Origin: Candidatus Moraniibacteriota bacterium
GTDB lineage: Bacteria > Patescibacteriota > Minisyncoccia > Moranbacterales > UBA1568
Length of the DNA: 55,436 bases
Assembly: GCA_016699975.1 (NCBI GenBank)
Contig: CP064994.1
Coordinates: 496,731 to 552,166 of the forward strand
Reading direction: 5' to 3'
Shown here: positions 53,328 through 55,436 of the stretch, one piece after another
Layout of the letters: each line of letters opens with the position of its first letter
Numbering within the stretch: the stretch's first letter is position 1
Made by a program: the position numbers and the translations under genes
Notes under the pieces: model-generated
Databases searched by the model: none
What the model was told of the DNA's origin: nothing
The model's input: only the letters and a program-made list of their open reading frames with translations

Positions 53328-54568
53328 TTAGGAAATCTTTCTCTGTTCTCTCGCATCTTTGTAGGCGGTGAGTATTTCTTGCACGTATCGCTCCGGGGTG
53401 TAGTCGCTTGCAGTACGATAGGCTTCTTGAGTGATCTTTTCAATATCGAATTCGGAGAGGGATCGTATTTTCTTGGCGAGATCATTCGGATCTCCAGGAG
53501 CAAAAAGAAACCCATTTTCTCCGTCGCGAATAATATCAGGAATGCCGCCTATTGCCGAGGCAAGTACCGGAGTTCCGGATCGCAGAGAGTCCATAAGGAC
53601 AAACGGTTGGTTTTCGTACCATGCTGCCGGAACAATGATTTCTTTTGCGCGTGCCATGCGTTTTGCAAGGGCTTCACCGTATTCCGGACCAATGAAAGTG
53701 ACTCGATTTTCGAGATGGAGGTCGGTCACGAGTTTTTCGAGCTCGCTTTGACTCGGTCCAAAACCGACGATTTCAAGTTTTCTTTCGGGAACAAGAGGGA
53801 GGGCACGGAGAATGGTGTCGACTCCTTTTTCGGGCGAAAGCCTCCCAAAGAAAAGTGATATAGGGGGGCGATCACTCCAGGGAAGATGTGATCCTCCTTG
53901 TTGTGTCGGTTCTGAAAGGAGGGGATGATGAATTCTTCGAATGGCGCGCTTGAATCCCAATTCGTGGTATTTCTTGATAAGGAAGTCGCTGGGAGAGAGA
54001 AAGACGTCTACTGCCTGGTAACTTCCGAGAATTTCATGAAGCCATTTTTCCATTGTGTACACGAGACTCTTCGGAAAAGAATCTTTTACTGCTCGATCAA
54101 GGAGAGTTCGAATTCCGGAAGCGTGATTCCAAATTTTCGCTGTTCGAAAATTGAAGAGGAAATAGTTCGGAGAAATAGCTTTAAAATCACAAAGCGTAAG
54201 AACGATGGGAACCGAATTTTTTTTGAGCGTAAGGAGTATGGAAGGTGAGAGTTGATGATAGACATTGAAGCAGTGCGCTACGTCGGGATGAAAACTTCTA
54301 ATGAGTTTGGTCAGATTTTCGTTCGCTTGCTTGTTCCAGAGAATGCGAAATGCAGTCCGGATTTTTTGCTGAAGTGATTTCCCTCGTCTGAGAAATCAAC
54401 TTCGTCGACAAAATAGGATTCCCATTCCGTAGGTTCATTTTTTTGGTGATGCATGGAAAAGAAAGCAACCTCATGTCCCGCGTCGCGAAGCATCTTTGCT
54501 GTTTCAAGGTATATTTTTTCGGCACCACCGAATCGAAAATGAAATTTGTGAATGAGGAGTATCCTCAT
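53328..54568 (-). CDS. Glycosyltransferase family 4 (apparent -1 frameshift in the T6 run at 54362-54367)
   Basis: N-terminal ORF 54311..54568 reads MRILLIHKFHFRFGGAEKIY... The frame of the C-terminal ORF 53328..54062 is open back to ~54385 and reads KIRTAFRILWNKQANENLTKLIRSFHPDVAHCFNVYHQLSPSIL... One extra A on the coding strand fuses them. C-terminal GT4 motif is ENQPFVLMDSLRSGTPVLAS. Confidence 0.8.
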
Positions 54569-55407
54569 AATACATCGAGGGAATTAGTGAGCGATAAGAA
54601 GTTTTTCCGTTTTTCTTTTCCGAAGGAGGAAAATTTTTCGAGGAGCCAAGAGAGAAATTTGGAAGGAAAAAGTCGAAGTACAGAAAAGAGAAATGTATTT
54701 TTTGCTCCATAGATTGCAACAGATTTTTTGTGCTTGAGGGATCGGTATCCGAAAATGGCAACTTCTTCGGCAGTGGGAAATCTTTTTGAAGAAAGAGAAT
54801 TCATCCCATTATTTTTATAGAATGAGGTTTGCGTCGGTCCCGGAAGAAGAACAGTGACGGAAACGGCAAGAGCCTTGAGTTCTATACGAAGCGTCTCTGA
54901 AAGCGAGAGGAGAAACGATTTGGTAGCTCCATAGACACAGAGTCCTGGAACTGGAAGGAAAGCGGCGGTAGAACTGACAAACAGAATGCTTCCTTGGGCT
55001 TTTATTAATTCTGGAAGGAGTAATTTTGTAAGGAGCGTCGGCGCGAGAACGTTCACATGAATGGATGCCAGCTCTTTTTTCCAAGCATTCGAAAGGAAAT
55101 CTCCCTGTGTAGCGATCCCTGCATTATTTATAAGATAGTGCACCGGAAGGCCGATCCCCCGAATTTTTTCTGGAATGCTTGAAAGAAAAGACTCATGTGC
55201 GAGATCTCCTTCACAGAAAGTGATGGAATGAGCTCCTTCTTTTGTGAGGGCATTTTGAGTTTCTATTGTCGTCTTGAAATTTCGATCAATTAAAAAGAGC
55301 GAACAGCCCTGTTTCGCAAAGATACTTGCAAATGCTCGACCTATTCCGCTCGAAGCCCCCGTTATGACGGCAAGAGCGAGAGTATTTCCTGTTTCTCCTG
55401 AAATCAT
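54565..55407 (-). CDS. Short-chain dehydrogenase/reductase (SDR) family oxidoreductase
   Basis: ITGASSGIGRAFA (TGxxxGxG), NNAG, and YGATKSF (YxxxK). The stop overlaps the GT4 start (ATGA). Confidence 0.9.
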   Translation of the reverse strand: MISGETGNTLALAVITGASSGIGRAFASIFAKQGCSLFLIDRNFKTTIETQNALTKEGAHSITFCEGDLAHESFLSSIPEKIRGIGLPVHYLINNAGIATQGDFLSNAWKKELASIHVNVLAPTLLTKLLLPELIKAQGSILFVSSTAAFLPVPGLCVYGATKSFLLSLSETLRIELKALAVSVTVLLPGPTQTSFYKNNGMNSLSSKRFPTAEEVAIFGYRSLKHKKSVAIYGAKNTFLFSVLRLFPSKFLSWLLEKFSSFGKEKRKNFLSLTNSLDVL

Positions 55408-55436
55408 ACGTGATTATTTTAAACGAAGCCGAGGCG

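Noticed and set aside
1-55436. tRNA, tmRNA and rRNA genes.
   Set aside because: I looked by eye for T-arm-like GGTTCGAATCC / GTTCAAATC motifs and rRNA-like conserved blocks and found none. The only GAATTC-containing candidates belong to the IS30 end and to rnpB. This was a manual scan, so tRNAscan-SE or Infernal should confirm it.

Overview
This 55.4-kb chromosomal segment reads like a small-genome Candidate Phyla Radiation / Patescibacteria-type (Parcubacteria-like) bacterium. That placement is an inference from three things: many N-terminally anchored secreted paralogs carrying an NWxTYxNEE-type motif, a Cas12a stub whose N-terminus resembles Parcubacteria Cas12a, and very few regulators. 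The genetic code is standard, since TGA terminates well-conserved genes such as pheS.

Left to right the window contains:
- an ECF sigma / anti-sigma-like pair, with the sigma gene frameshifted;
- a 5' stub of cas12a with no other CRISPR-Cas parts;
- a ~6-kb array, AT-rich by eye, of ~1-kb tandem cassettes. Each has a conserved promoter/5' module, a hypervariable membrane-anchored protein, and a scar of the M23 peptidase gene 5' end. The array is interleaved with a CHAP hydrolase and ends in a 708-aa M23 peptidase with a long repetitive Ig-like (possibly CARDB-type) tail;
- an IS30-family element;
- polyprenyl synthase and uppS;
- an AT-rich HEPN-like orphan;
- two MacB/FtsX-type permeases and a Nudix hydrolase;
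- secD (with a parvulin-like insert) and secF;
- tyrS, pheS and pheT;
- RNase P RNA;
- envelope-glycan genes (sugar phosphotransferase, GT4 x3, two Wzz-like proteins, galU, an O-antigen-ligase-like gene), interspersed with a methyltransferase, glyA, a P-loop kinase and gatB;
- a copper island (HMA-permease-cupredoxin fusion, DUF305, copA);
- FKBP and a flavodoxin-like quinone reductase;
- an uncharacterised secreted/lipoprotein cluster;
- an SDR.

Several genes appear to be leaderless, with the -10 hexamer ending 6-9 nt before the ATG.

About a dozen reading-frame lesions are visible. Most are 1-nt deficits in homopolymer runs, so consensus error must be excluded with reads before calling them pseudogenes. 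I found no rRNA, tRNA or CRISPR array.
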